NCBI GenBank assembly: GCA_902800045.1
Contig: CADCCZ010000008.1
Location: 24,325-88,324 of the forward strand
Length of the DNA: 64,000 nucleotides
Origin: an uncultured Bacteroidia bacterium
GTDB lineage: Bacteria > Bacteroidota > Bacteroidia > Bacteroidales > ML635J-15
Reading direction: 5' to 3'
Both the position numbers and the translations under genes were made by a program. Positions 1 to 8,955 of the stretch are shown here, piece after piece. Numbering within the stretch: the first letter of the stretch is position 1; every line of letters starts with the position of its first letter. A model generated the notes under the pieces. It was given only the letters and a program-made list of their open reading frames with translations. It was not told the DNA's origin and made no database searches.

Positions 1-3000
1 ATTAAGAGCAAAGTCTCCCGACGAAACATCGTCGATATTCTGTGCCGATGCAGAAAGCAAATCCATCGACAACCCCCTATATGTCGTAAAATTGCCTCCG
101 TTCGAAAGGTTTCCATTAAGTTTCAAGGTCATTGGATTTGTATTGGCAAGGCTAAGTTGACCTCCACTTTCTACAACCAGATTTCCATATACCGACATTT
201 CGGCATTGCTGTCGTTTGACGACAAACTACCGCCATCTTCTATTGTCAAGTTTTTACACTCAACAATATCATTTGCCGGTATATTCACAATATTCCGAGG
301 CGAAGTTATTTCGGGAATTGTAACATCTGTTGTTCTGTCGGGGACAATCTGATAGTACCAGTTTGCACAATTGCACCAATTTTCGTCTTTATATCCCGCC
401 CATACATTGGTACTTGGAACATCGTCGGAAATTGGTAATCTCTGTGTAATAGTAGTGAAATTATAAACTGCATTATTATAATCGCTACTATATTCAAAGT
501 TCTGCCAATTTGAAATATCATTCATCAATCCAATCCACTCGTATTTTGAACGTTCGGGACTAATAACACCTTTATACTTGACACGACCACCATTGCTTGC
601 AAATGTTATATTCGTATTAAAGCATTCGCATCCAGGATACATGGTAGAACCTCTTGTCCCATAATGCTTATCATCTGAACCTGGAATTGGAATCCCATCA
701 TAATTAGGGTTTGGCATCCAACCCGTTGCTGTAAAACCATAAAGGACATTTCCTGTATATTTCATATTATGTTTATGGTTTCCATCAACGCCAGACACAT
801 CAACAGACAAGTCCTCAACCCATTCGCCACCCTGCATTATCCATATTTGATCGTCAGAATTATATCCAAACGAATTTCCAAAGAAAGAAAGATTCCATTT
901 TGAAGTTGCAACCGATCCATTAACATATACAGTTATATGAGAACTTAAATCTGGAATGTCACCTGAAGTTATTGTGGTTTGGCTCGTCTTTATAGTAATG
1001 AAACTGCCTTGAGGCAGAGGCGTATTGTCGTTCCACGTAAAACGCAATATTCCTTCTGAGGTTCCCCACAAGCCAGGAAACTTTCTTTCATATCCATTAT
1101 CTGTCAAGTCGATTGGTGTTCCTTTTTTGATTTGTTTGAAAGTTACAAAACTTATTTCGTCTTCACCTTCATAGCCTGTATTATAATTAACTCCTACTAT
1201 CGCCAAATCACCACGCTCCAACAAAGTTATTGAAGTATAAACAAATGTAATCTGTTCTCGGAGCAAGCAGTTTCCGCTATCGTCGACATAGAAAACTGCT
1301 GCCGTGTATGTTGAACCAGAAGTGAGATTGCTTATCGCAACAGATGTTTCCGAACCCGAGTACACAGCATACTCGCCTGTACTTGTTAGTGTTCCGCTAC
1401 CAAATGCTGCATTGGCGGTAATCGAAGTAAAATCATAATTACTACACGAAGAAGCAATATCGCTGCTTCCCTGCCTGCATATTACAACATAATGACCGCT
1501 TACGCACAACTCTCCGATAAGATTCCAATATAAAGTAGCAGAGGTTTCTCCATTTACAGATATCAGTCCTGTTATTTCTGCATCGCTACCTGTTGTGAAC
1601 GTACAGTCAGAACCATACACTGTTCCATGTCCATTGGTTGCGTATGCACGCACATGATAGGTCGTACATGGACTTAAGCCATCGATAATTTTGTTGAAAC
1701 TTGAGTTAATATTTGTATAGGAAGTTCCAGCTACCGCTACGGTTCCGCTTGCAAGCGTCGGATTGACCGATGTGCCATATACAAAGCCATAGCTTCTGAT
1801 GTGACAGTTTTCGCCGAACGAAGTTATACCTCCGGGTGCTTCTACTGTTACTGACGAAGCTGTTATGTCTGAGAAATTAAGTGCTGTTAACGAAATAGCA
1901 GGGTCAGCTTCGCAGGGAACACAAGATGTAGAGTAGGCAGAATAAGTTGCAACACCACCTCTTTTGTACATATATATAGCGTCTTGTCCCCCATTTTGAT
2001 AAAATCTAAAAAATCCAGATTGATTTGTATTATAGTGAAGAAGTGGTGTTGGATGAAGATTTGCAATAGATATTGCAATATTATTTTCACTGATAAATGA
2101 AAAAGCTAACGGATGATCATCAGCCGTGCTTAAATTAGCAGTCGATGCCAAACCATTAGCATTGCTTGTTTGATATATATAATCTCCTGTTAAAGTTTTC
2201 ATTACATATCCACCAGCTACAGAAACAACTTCCAGGCAATGTGCATCTCCCCATGAGACATTAATAGTATTGCCGACCAAGTTGCTGCCGGGATTTATTG
2301 AAGCACCACCAGCACCTATTCCATAGGTTCCTCCTGCCAACGCTCCATCCATAAATGTTTCATCATCATATGCAATAAGATATTTGCCTGTCCAGTCGGT
2401 TTGCGAAGATGTCACTTTTGTATACTCAGCAGAACCGCCCACACTTACTTCTGCAAATACCGCATAAAAATTCATTGCTCCACTAACGGTAGCGCCTGCT
2501 GGGGTAGTTAAGGTTGGTTCATCGTCGGTTTCGGGGAATTCGGTAGCCGACCAACCTATGAATGTCTTGCCATTGCAATCGCCCGACGTCGGGTCGGCAG
2601 GAACATCGCCTGCAGGAATTGATGAGTCATAATCGTATGTCCTAGTTCTAATTGAAGCACCGCTGACATACCAAGTTACAGAATATTGGTTTGGTACCCA
2701 TTTCGCATATAAAGTAGTATTTGATGTAATAATAAAAGTTGAACCTACAGCACGGTCTGTTCCCGTTCCATCGGCTGCGGTATTCCAGCCAGCAAAAGTA
2801 TGTCCTGTTTTTGCAAGAGAGCCAGTGTTTTCTAAAACTGTTACAGAAGCCCCCGATGAATATGAAGTATTGTCTGTAGGCACAGTGCCCGAGGTGGCAT
2901 CATTAGCATTGTATGTGACGGAATAGGTAGAACTGCCTGATGTATAAGTAACTGCAATGCTTTTGACATAAAAAGCTTTTGCTGTATTTGTCCAACTAAC

Positions 3001-3528
3001 AACAATATTACCCGATTCATTAGGCGTACAAGAATATGCAGTATTTGTTGTTGTAAGAGTTTGGTTTGTCATATAATATGTTCCATCAACAGAAATATTT
3101 AATTTAGCTGTCCCGTCCTTTGCTATAGAACTATTTACAACTATTTCTGTTATCGTATAATTACTAAAATCATTCGTCGTTAACGAAAATGAAGTTGTTG
3201 GATTACTCCCAGACCCTATTTGAATCCCTTTTGCAGTATTGCCATCCCAACCAATATATGTAGCTTCCGTTTGCGTCCAATTTTTTTCATTAAGAGATCT
3301 TGTTCCTGCAGTTGTTTGTAAATTACCACTAGCTGCATTCCAGGTATATGTACTCTGTCCCCACACCACATTCCATCCCCCCACAATCATCACCACCAAC
3401 ATCAATTTCATGATAATGGACCTTACGGAATGCAAGGGAAAAGAGCGCACAGAAGTGCCATGATCTATATTATTCGTAACAGCATCTAACAAATAGGAAT
3501 TAGCTGCTACAGAGCTATTTATCTTCAT
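1..3528 (-). CDS. Large secreted cell-surface protein, partial (C-terminus beyond window start). Contains Listeria-Bacteroides (InlB B-type) repeats. Probable T9SS cargo.
   Basis: The minus-strand frame starting at ATG 3528 has no stop in the stretches I hand-translated (1-360, 2521-2940, 3360-3528). The track has no competing long ORF here. It is probably absent from the track because it has no stop inside the window. The N-terminus reads MKINSS.., and a signal-like MKLMLVVMIVGGWNVVWGQ starts at the alternative ATG 3411. A repeat YSVTYNANDATSGTVPTDNTSYSSGASVTVLENTGSLAKTGHTFAGWNTAADGTGTDRAVGSTFIITSNTTLYAKW lies at 2698-2925, followed by a second partial copy. Confidence 0.8.
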   Translation of the reverse strand, partial: MKINSSVAANSYLLDAVTNNIDHGTSVRSFPLHSVRSIIMKLMLVVMIVGGWNVVWGQSTYTWNAASGNLQTTAGTRSLNEKNWTQTEATYIGWDGNTAKGIQIGSGSNPTTSFSLTTNDFSNYTITEIVVNSSIAKDGTAKLNISVDGTYYMTNQTLTTTNTAYSCTPNESGNIVVSWTNTAKAFYVKSIAVTYTSGSSTYSVTYNANDATSGTVPTDNTSYSSGASVTVLENTGSLAKTGHTFAGWNTAADGTGTDRAVGSTFIITSNTTLYAKWVPNQYSVTWYVSGASIRTRTYDYDSSIPAGDVPADPTSGDCNGKTFIGWSATEFPETDDEPTLTTPAGATVSGAMNFYAVFAEVSVGGSAEYTKVTSSQTDWTGKYLIAYDDETFMDGALAGGTYGIGAGGASINPGSNLVGNTINVSWGDAHCLEVVSVAGGYVMKTLTGDYIYQTSNANGLASTANLSTADDHPLAFSFISENNIAISIANLHPTPLLHYNTNQSGFFRFYQNGGQDAIYMYKRGGVATYSAYSTSCVPCEADPAISLTALNFSDITASSVTVEAPGGITSFGENCHIRSYGFVYGTSVNPTLASGTVAVAGTSYTNINSSFNKIIDGLSPCTTYHVRAYATNGHGTVYGSDCTFTTGSDAEITGLISVNGETSATLYWNLIGELCVSGHYVVICRQGSSDIASSCSNYDFTSITANAAFGSGTLTSTGEYAVYSGSETSVAISNLTSGSTYTAAVFYVDDSGNCLLREQITFVYTSITLLERGDLAIVGVNYNTGYEGEDEISFVTFKQIKKGTPIDLTDNGYERKFPGLWGTSEGILRFTWNDNTPLPQGSFITIKTSQTTITSGDIPDLSSHITVYVNGSVATSKWNLSFFGNSFGYNSDDQIWIMQGGEWVEDLSVDVSGVDGNHKHNMKYTGNVLYGFTATGWMPNPNYDGIPIPGSDDKHYGTRGSTMYPGCECFNTNITFASNGGRVKYKGVISPERSKYEWIGLMNDISNWQNFEYSSDYNNAVYNFTTITQRLPISDDVPSTNVWAGYKDENWCNCANWYYQIVPDRTTDVTIPEITSPRNIVNIPANDIVECKNLTIEDGGSLSSNDSNAEMSVYGNLVVESGGQLSLANTNPMTLKLNGNLSNGGNFTTYRGLSMDLLSASAQNIDDVSSGDFALN

Positions 3529-3563
3529 AAAATACCTTTTACAAAATTCAAATCTAAAACTTA

Positions 3564-3571
3564 CAAATTTA
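3564..3571 (-). promoter_or_regulatory. Candidate Bacteroidota -7 promoter box (TAAATTTG on the minus strand)
   Basis: Matches TAnnTTTG, 35 nt upstream of ATG 3528. Confidence 0.4.
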
Positions 3572-3808
3572 GGGAAAATTCACCACCCAGCACAAGCAAA
3601 AATGCGATTATATATTTAACCGCAAAACATAAATAAGAAAGGTTACACAAATGATAAAATAAGATGATTTAACAAGTTTTTTCGCTATGCTCAAAACTAG
3701 AAGGAATAACACAATCACGAACCGTTAGCTCAGCGTAGCCAACCTTTAGCTCGCGTAAGCAATAACACAAATAAGGTTTTTGCAAGCTCAAAACGAATAA
3801 AATACGAC

Positions 3809-4027
3809 CACGAATAACACGAATTTGCACGAATGAGGGATAGCAATTTTTTCGGCAAGCCGAAAAAAAATATTGGCTACGCCGATCTAAAGATTCGTGA
3901 GGATTCGTGAGATTCGTGGTAAAAAAAATCGTTCCGAGCACTGCGAGGAACCCAGCTATACCTTTAGTGATAAAAATTCGTTCCGAACACCGCAAGGAAC
4001 AAAAAAATAAATACTTTTGTGTTACAA
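3809..4027 (+). repeat. Direct repeat copy 1 (~215 nt) upstream of the GxxExxY gene
   Basis: Modules in order: CACGAAT x3 (3809, 3818, 3828); hairpin T6-CGGC-AA-GCCG-A8 (3847-3870); ATTGGCTACGCCGATCTAAAG; ATTCGTG x3 (3893, 3903, 3912); 21-mers at 3931-3951 and 3980-4000; an A-run; and a -7 box. Confidence 0.85.
4012..4019 (+). promoter_or_regulatory. Candidate -7 box TACTTTTG (inside repeat copy 1)
   Basis: Matches TAnnTTTG, 22 nt upstream of the GxxExxY ATG and preceded by an A-run. Confidence 0.5.
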
Positions 4028-4041
4028 ACATTGATGTAATT

Positions 4042-4419
4042 ATGACTGAAATTATATACAAAAAAGAATCATACGAAATAACTCGTTCAATATATGATGT
4101 GTATAACACCCTTGGAAATGGTTTTCTTGAAAGCGTATATCACGAAGCATTAGAATACGAACTTAGTAAGCGTGGAATTCCATTTGTTTCGAAACCAGAA
4201 ATAAAAATACATTATCATGACATCGTCCTACAACACACTTTTATTCCTGATATTGTATGTTACGACAAAATAATTCTTGAACTTAAATCCGTATCTCAAT
4301 TAATGGATGCACACATAGCTCAAGTTATGAATTACTTGAAAGCATGCAAAATGAAATTAGGTATGCTTGTAAATTTCGGAGAAACCAATGGAGTTGTGAT
4401 AAAACGAATTGTATTATAA
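4042..4419 (+). CDS. GxxExxY protein (PD-(D/E)XK nuclease-fold superfamily), 125 aa
   Basis: Track ORF 3907..4419 trimmed to ATG 4042 because the upstream part is translated repeat. The sequence MTEIIYKKESYEITRSIYDVYNTLGNGFLESVYHEALEYEL carries the family GxxExxY signature (GFLESVY). A TAnnTTTG box lies 22 nt upstream. Confidence 0.85.
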   Translation: MTEIIYKKESYEITRSIYDVYNTLGNGFLESVYHEALEYELSKRGIPFVSKPEIKIHYHDIVLQHTFIPDIVCYDKIILELKSVSQLMDAHIAQVMNYLKACKMKLGMLVNFGETNGVVIKRIVL

Positions 4420-4494
4420 TGTTTTTGCTACACTAAAAAGCACAAAGACAATCACAAAATGTTCTCCGCTATACGCTTCGAACAGAAAAAGCAA

Positions 4495-4713
4495 CCACAA
4501 ATTACACGAATCTACACGAATGAGAGATAGCATGCAATTTTTTTCGGCAAGTCGAAAAAAATATTGGCTACGCCGATCTAAAGATTCGTGAGGATTCGTG
4601 AGATTCGTGGTAAAAGATTCGTTCCGAGCACCGCGAAGGAACCCATTTGTACATTTGTGGTAAAAAATCATTCCGAGCACCGCGAGGAATAAAAAAATTA
4701 TTACCTTTGTGTT
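4495..4713 (+). repeat. Direct repeat copy 2 (~215 nt) upstream of porP
   Basis: Same module order as copy 1, offset by ~690 nt. A 54-nt stretch (tattggctacgccgatctaaagattcgtgaggattcgtgagattcgtggtaaaa) is identical in both copies. 21-mers lie at 4621-4642 and 4670-4690. Confidence 0.85.
4702..4709 (+). promoter_or_regulatory. Candidate -7 box TACCTTTG (inside repeat copy 2)
   Basis: Matches TAnnTTTG only 7 nt upstream of the porP ATG, which would imply a near-leaderless mRNA. Confidence 0.4.
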
Positions 4714-4716
4714 TTT

Positions 4717-5733
4717 ATGAGTAAATGTTTTTACATATCTGCGATTTTAATCCTCTTCGCGACGGCTAACGTCTTCGCACAGGATATTCATTTCTCGCAG
4801 TTCTACTCCACTCCCATGCAGACCTCACCAGCCAACAGCGGTCATTTCGACGGCGACTGGCGTGCCGTGCTCAACAACAAAAACCAGTGGAACTCGTTCA
4901 CAAAGGCATACCGCACTTTCGCAGGTAGCGTCGATTATTCGCATAAGTCGCTGTTTACCAACGACGACCAGTCTGGTCTCGGCATAGTAATCAACCGCGA
5001 TGTAGCCGGCGATGGCAAATTCGGAACCACACAAATTATGCTCGGTGCAGCCTACTACTACCCATTCATGGCAGGCAAAATACTCGCTGGCGCAGGTCTC
5101 TCGGCGGGCTACGCCCACCACGGAATACAGACCGACCGACTCAACTTCGGCAACCAGTACGTAACCGACGGATACGACCCCAACCGCGATTCGGGCGAAC
5201 AATGGCAGAAAACCTCTTTCGGATACTTCGACTGCGCCATCGGTACCAACGTAATACTAAGACTAAAAGACAACTGGACCGCCGAAGCAGGATTCTCTGT
5301 AGCTCACCCGCACCAGCCACACAAAGCATTCCTCGGCAGCACCGACTCGCGACTGCCAGCAAAATGGATTGTCCACGCCACAGGCGACATTAACGTCAAG
5401 GACGATTTCTGGATAGCACCAATGTTCTACAGCATGGTACAGCAGAAATACCTCGAATTCGACATTGGCGCTCTGGGACGTATGAACGTCAACCCCATAG
5501 GGCTGCAGGCCGTTTATTTCGGCATCTTCGCCCGCACAAGCGACGCTGGAATACTTTGCGCCGGAATCCAATACTACAACGTGCGCTTCCTCGTCAACTA
5601 CGACATCAACTTGTCGAAACTCACCAGCATCAGCCGCGGAAACGGAGGTATCGAACTTTCGCTGATATACATCTACTCCAAGCCAAAACCATTAGAAACA
5701 CCATACTACAGGAAATGTCCCGAATTCATGTAA
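4717..5733 (+). CDS. Type IX secretion system membrane protein, PorP/SprF family
   Basis: 338 aa with a signal peptide ending ..ANVFAQ. This is followed by the family-typical DIHFSQFYSTPMQTSPANSG start and beta-barrel-like alternating sequence to the C-terminus. Confidence 0.9.
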   Translation: MSKCFYISAILILFATANVFAQDIHFSQFYSTPMQTSPANSGHFDGDWRAVLNNKNQWNSFTKAYRTFAGSVDYSHKSLFTNDDQSGLGIVINRDVAGDGKFGTTQIMLGAAYYYPFMAGKILAGAGLSAGYAHHGIQTDRLNFGNQYVTDGYDPNRDSGEQWQKTSFGYFDCAIGTNVILRLKDNWTAEAGFSVAHPHQPHKAFLGSTDSRLPAKWIVHATGDINVKDDFWIAPMFYSMVQQKYLEFDIGALGRMNVNPIGLQAVYFGIFARTSDAGILCAGIQYYNVRFLVNYDINLSKLTSISRGNGGIELSLIYIYSKPKPLETPYYRKCPEFM

Positions 5734-5750
5734 CGATAGCAAGAACCGCA

Positions 5751-7739
5751 ATGGTACAGATGCGAAAAACTATCGCATTGTGCCTGCTTGTGGTCGTTTC
5801 GTGCATGGCAATGGCTCAGGAGCGCGATATCAACAGCCTGATATTCAGTGGTGACAATGCCATGAAGCAGAAAAACTTCTATGGCGCAGCAAAACTATAC
5901 GAGGAAGCCCTGAAACAAGACAACAAGATGTACGACGTTGTGTGGAAAATTGCCGAAGCATATCGCCTCGACAACGACTATGCCAACGCGCTGGTCCACT
6001 ACAAGACGCTGGTCGACAAGGTCGAAAGCAAATATCCCGATGCAACATATTACTACGCCCAGATGCTGAAGTCAAACGAGGATTTCATGAGGGCGCAATA
6101 CTTCTTCAAGCGGTTCATGACAGCCGCAAAGAAAGACAATTTCAAAGGCGACAAGGCGAAGGCCGAGCAGTCCGAACAGGAAATCCTGAACTGCGAGTAT
6201 GCGTGGAAACAGCAGAATCGTCCGCAAGCAGTGGAAATAAAGCATACCGACGAAGGTATGAACTCGGTTTACAGCGATTTTGGAGCTTCGCTGTCGGGCG
6301 ACAAAGTGCTATTTTCGTCGATTCGTCCCGAAAACGATTCTTCAAAAACCTATAATTCAAGGATCTACAGCACCGAAACCGATAATTTCGCCTCGGTTGC
6401 CGAACTTGGTCTCAACACTCTTTCGCCAGCCGACATTTCGAATCCATGCATGAGCAACGACGGCAGCCGGATCTACTTTTCGCTTACCGACAACTTCGCA
6501 ACAGGCAACACATACATCTACCAGTGCACACGCACCGACGACGGCTGGAGCGAACCGCAGATCTTGCCCGAAAAGATAAATCCACAGGGCTACAATTCGA
6601 CCCAACCTCACCTCATCGAGTTTGGCTATCGTCCCGACATACTGCTGTGGTCGAGCAACCGACCTGGAGGCGAAGGTGGTTACGATATATATTCGTGCGA
6701 AATTCTACCCGACGGCAGTTTCGGAACAGTGAAAAATATCGGACGCCCGATAATCGAAGACGAACGCTTTGCCCAGTTTTACGACACCGTATCGCTGATA
6801 AACACGCCTGGCGACGAAATCACACCTTTCTACACAACAACCGATTCTACATTGTATTTCAGTTCCAACCATTTCCAGACAATAGGTGCATTCGACATTT
6901 TCGCCACCAAAGGGAATTTTAGGGTCTGGGATACGGTGAAAAATCTTGGCTACCCGATAAATTCGGCACAAAACGACATCTACTACAAGGTTTATCCCGA
7001 AGAAGGCATTGCCTTTCTCACCAGCAACCGCAAAGGCGCACTTGCACAGACCCACCAGAGCTGCTGCAACGACATCTTCTACTACAACATCGAAAAGTTC
7101 GTTAGCGAAGAGGAACGCATAGCAATGGAAACCGAAATAAGAATAGCCACGCTCACACAGCGCACGCGTCTGCTGGTGCCGATAAGCTTATACTTCCACA
7201 ACGACATTCCAAATCCAAACTCCTGGGACACAGTCACAAACCAGAACTACAGCGACACTTACTTCAGCTATATGCAGATGCAGGAAAAATATCGTCGCGA
7301 GTTCTCGAAAGGTCTCGACCGCACCCGTCGCGAGCAGGCTGTCGACAGTATTGACGTCTTTTTCTCGGACATGGTCGAGGAAAACTACAACCGCCTCATC
7401 GAATTCACCAAGATGATGAAGGAACTGCTCGAAAGCGGACAGAAGGTGGCAATAACGATAAAGGGCTTCACCAGTCCTCTCAACACAGTTGAATACAACA
7501 ACAACCTTGCCAAACGAAGGATTTCGTCGCTTGTGAACTTTTTCGACGAGTACGAAGACGGCGTCTTGCGCCAGTACATCGAAAGCGGTCAGATTGAATA
7601 CAAATTCGTAGCATTCGGCAAGACAATGGCAGCTGCCAACGTTAGCGACGACCGCAACGACCAGCGTAATTCGGTCTATAATCCTGCCGCCGCCCGCGAA
7701 CGACGGATAGAGATAATAGCTGTGGAGATAGAAAAATAA
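5751..7739 (+). CDS. PorE-like lipoprotein (TPR, TolB/PD40-like beta-propeller and OmpA_C-like peptidoglycan-binding end)
   Basis: Track ORF 5556..7739 trimmed to ATG 5751 because the upstream part overlaps porP. It has a lipoprotein-type signal MVQMRKTIALCLLVVVSC and TPR-like helices (YGAAKLYEEALK, YANALVHYKTL). PD40-like repeats are present (MSNDGSRIYFS, TPFYTTTDSTLYFSSN). The C-terminal end is OmpA-like (KGFTSPLNTVEYNNNLAKRRISSL ... RERRIEII). The domain order matches P. gingivalis PorE as I recall it. Confidence 0.6.
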   Translation: MVQMRKTIALCLLVVVSCMAMAQERDINSLIFSGDNAMKQKNFYGAAKLYEEALKQDNKMYDVVWKIAEAYRLDNDYANALVHYKTLVDKVESKYPDATYYYAQMLKSNEDFMRAQYFFKRFMTAAKKDNFKGDKAKAEQSEQEILNCEYAWKQQNRPQAVEIKHTDEGMNSVYSDFGASLSGDKVLFSSIRPENDSSKTYNSRIYSTETDNFASVAELGLNTLSPADISNPCMSNDGSRIYFSLTDNFATGNTYIYQCTRTDDGWSEPQILPEKINPQGYNSTQPHLIEFGYRPDILLWSSNRPGGEGGYDIYSCEILPDGSFGTVKNIGRPIIEDERFAQFYDTVSLINTPGDEITPFYTTTDSTLYFSSNHFQTIGAFDIFATKGNFRVWDTVKNLGYPINSAQNDIYYKVYPEEGIAFLTSNRKGALAQTHQSCCNDIFYYNIEKFVSEEERIAMETEIRIATLTQRTRLLVPISLYFHNDIPNPNSWDTVTNQNYSDTYFSYMQMQEKYRREFSKGLDRTRREQAVDSIDVFFSDMVEENYNRLIEFTKMMKELLESGQKVAITIKGFTSPLNTVEYNNNLAKRRISSLVNFFDEYEDGVLRQYIESGQIEYKFVAFGKTMAAANVSDDRNDQRNSVYNPAAARERRIEIIAVEIEK

Positions 7740-7826
7740 GAATTGTTTTGCCCATGTAAAAGAAAAGACGTACTTTCGTGTTTTATTTTAAAGACGAAAA
7801 ACGAACAAAAAAACAATAAAATTATC

Positions 7827-8849
7827 ATGGCTACAAACAGATTCATAACCCTTGACGAGGTTATAATTCAGAGACAATCGGCTTTCAAATATGCAAAGGG
7901 CGAATTGTCGAGACTTTTAAGCAACATTGGTCTTGCTGCTAAAATCGTAAACAACAGTATCAACCGTGCCGGCCTCGAGACCAACATCCTCGGCGCTACC
8001 GACAACATCAACGTGCAGGGCGAAACCCAGCAGAAACTTGACGTGTTCGCCGAAGAAATGTTCACCAAGGCTTTGCAAGCTTCGGGCATGGTGGCTGGTA
8101 TCGCATCCGAAGAAGAGGATGACATCATCATCTTCGACGATGAGCTTTCGCTCAACAGCAACTACGTCATCTGCATGGACCCGCTCGACGGAAGTTCAAA
8201 CATCGACGTTAACGTATCGGTTGGTACAATCTTCTCAATCTACCGCCGTATTTCGAAGCCAGGCACCAGGGTTGTAAAGGAAGATTTCCTCCAGCCCGGC
8301 AACAAGCAGGTGGCAGCAGGTTACATAATCTACGGTTCGTCAACAATGCTCGTTTACACAACTGGTCTCGGAACCACAGGTTTCACCTACGAACCGTCAA
8401 TCGGCGAGTTCTGCATGTCGAACGAACTGATGGTAACTCCTGAAAAGGGCAAGATTTACTCGATTAACGAAGGTAACTACCTCAAGTTCCCCGAAGGAAT
8501 CAAGAGGTACTTGAAATATGTTCAGGAAATCGACAAGCCGACAAGCCGTCCTTACACTTCGCGCTACATCGGTTCTTTGGTTGCCGACTTCCACCGCAAC
8601 CTGCTCAAGGGTGGCGTTTACATCTATCCGCGCACCGCATCGTCGCCAAACGGAAAAATCCGTCTGCTCTACGAATGCAACCCGATTGCTTTCCTCGCCG
8701 AACAGGCTGGCGGCAAGGCAACCGACGGATACGGACACCGCATCCTCGACATCGTTCCTACCGAAATACACCAGCGTACACCATTTGTTGTAGGCTCTAA
8801 GGAAATGGTTGAGAAAGTAGAAGAATTTATGTCAGAATATGGTGACTAA
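7827..8849 (+). CDS. fbp: Fructose-1,6-bisphosphatase, class 1
   Basis: Track ORF trimmed to ATG 7827 ([11 protein letters not shown]). Metal-binding motif [13 protein letters not shown] is present. Length is 340 aa, with full-length similarity to class 1 FBPases. A strong terminator follows. Confidence 0.93.
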   Translation: MATNRFITLDEVIIQRQSAFKYAKGELSRLLSNIGLAAKIVNNSINRAGLETNILGATDNINVQGETQQKLDVFAEEMFTKALQASGMVAGIASEEEDDIIIFDDELSLNSNYVICMDPLDGSSNIDVNVSVGTIFSIYRRISKPGTRVVKEDFLQPGNKQVAAGYIIYGSSTMLVYTTGLGTTGFTYEPSIGEFCMSNELMVTPEKGKIYSINEGNYLKFPEGIKRYLKYVQEIDKPTSRPYTSRYIGSLVADFHRNLLKGGVYIYPRTASSPNGKIRLLYECNPIAFLAEQAGGKATDGYGHRILDIVPTEIHQRTPFVVGSKEMVEKVEEFMSEYGD

Positions 8850-8870
8850 GACCAAATACAATAATGAACA

Positions 8871-8911
8871 AAAGCAACTGCAACAATGTTTGCAGTTGCT
8901 TTTTGCGTTTT
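8871..8911 (+). terminator. Rho-independent terminator after fbp
   Basis: Perfect 12-bp stem aagcaactgcaa/ttgcagttgctt, 6-nt loop, then a T-rich tail. Confidence 0.85.
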
Positions 8912-8912
8912 A

Positions 8913-8920
8913 TAAATTTG
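8913..8920 (+). promoter_or_regulatory. Candidate -7 box TAAATTTG
   Basis: 35 nt upstream of ATG 8956. Confidence 0.45.
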
Positions 8921-8955
8921 AATATAAGGGAAAAAAGAATTAAAAAAAGACTATC

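Noticed and set aside
5556-5750. N-terminal 65 codons of track ORF 5556..7739, and similar over-extensions at 3907, 7743, 16302, 19870, 23703 and 63774.
   Set aside because: The upstream parts overlap the preceding gene or repeats and lack signal peptides. Internal ATGs give canonical signal or lipoprotein N-termini, or family-typical starts.
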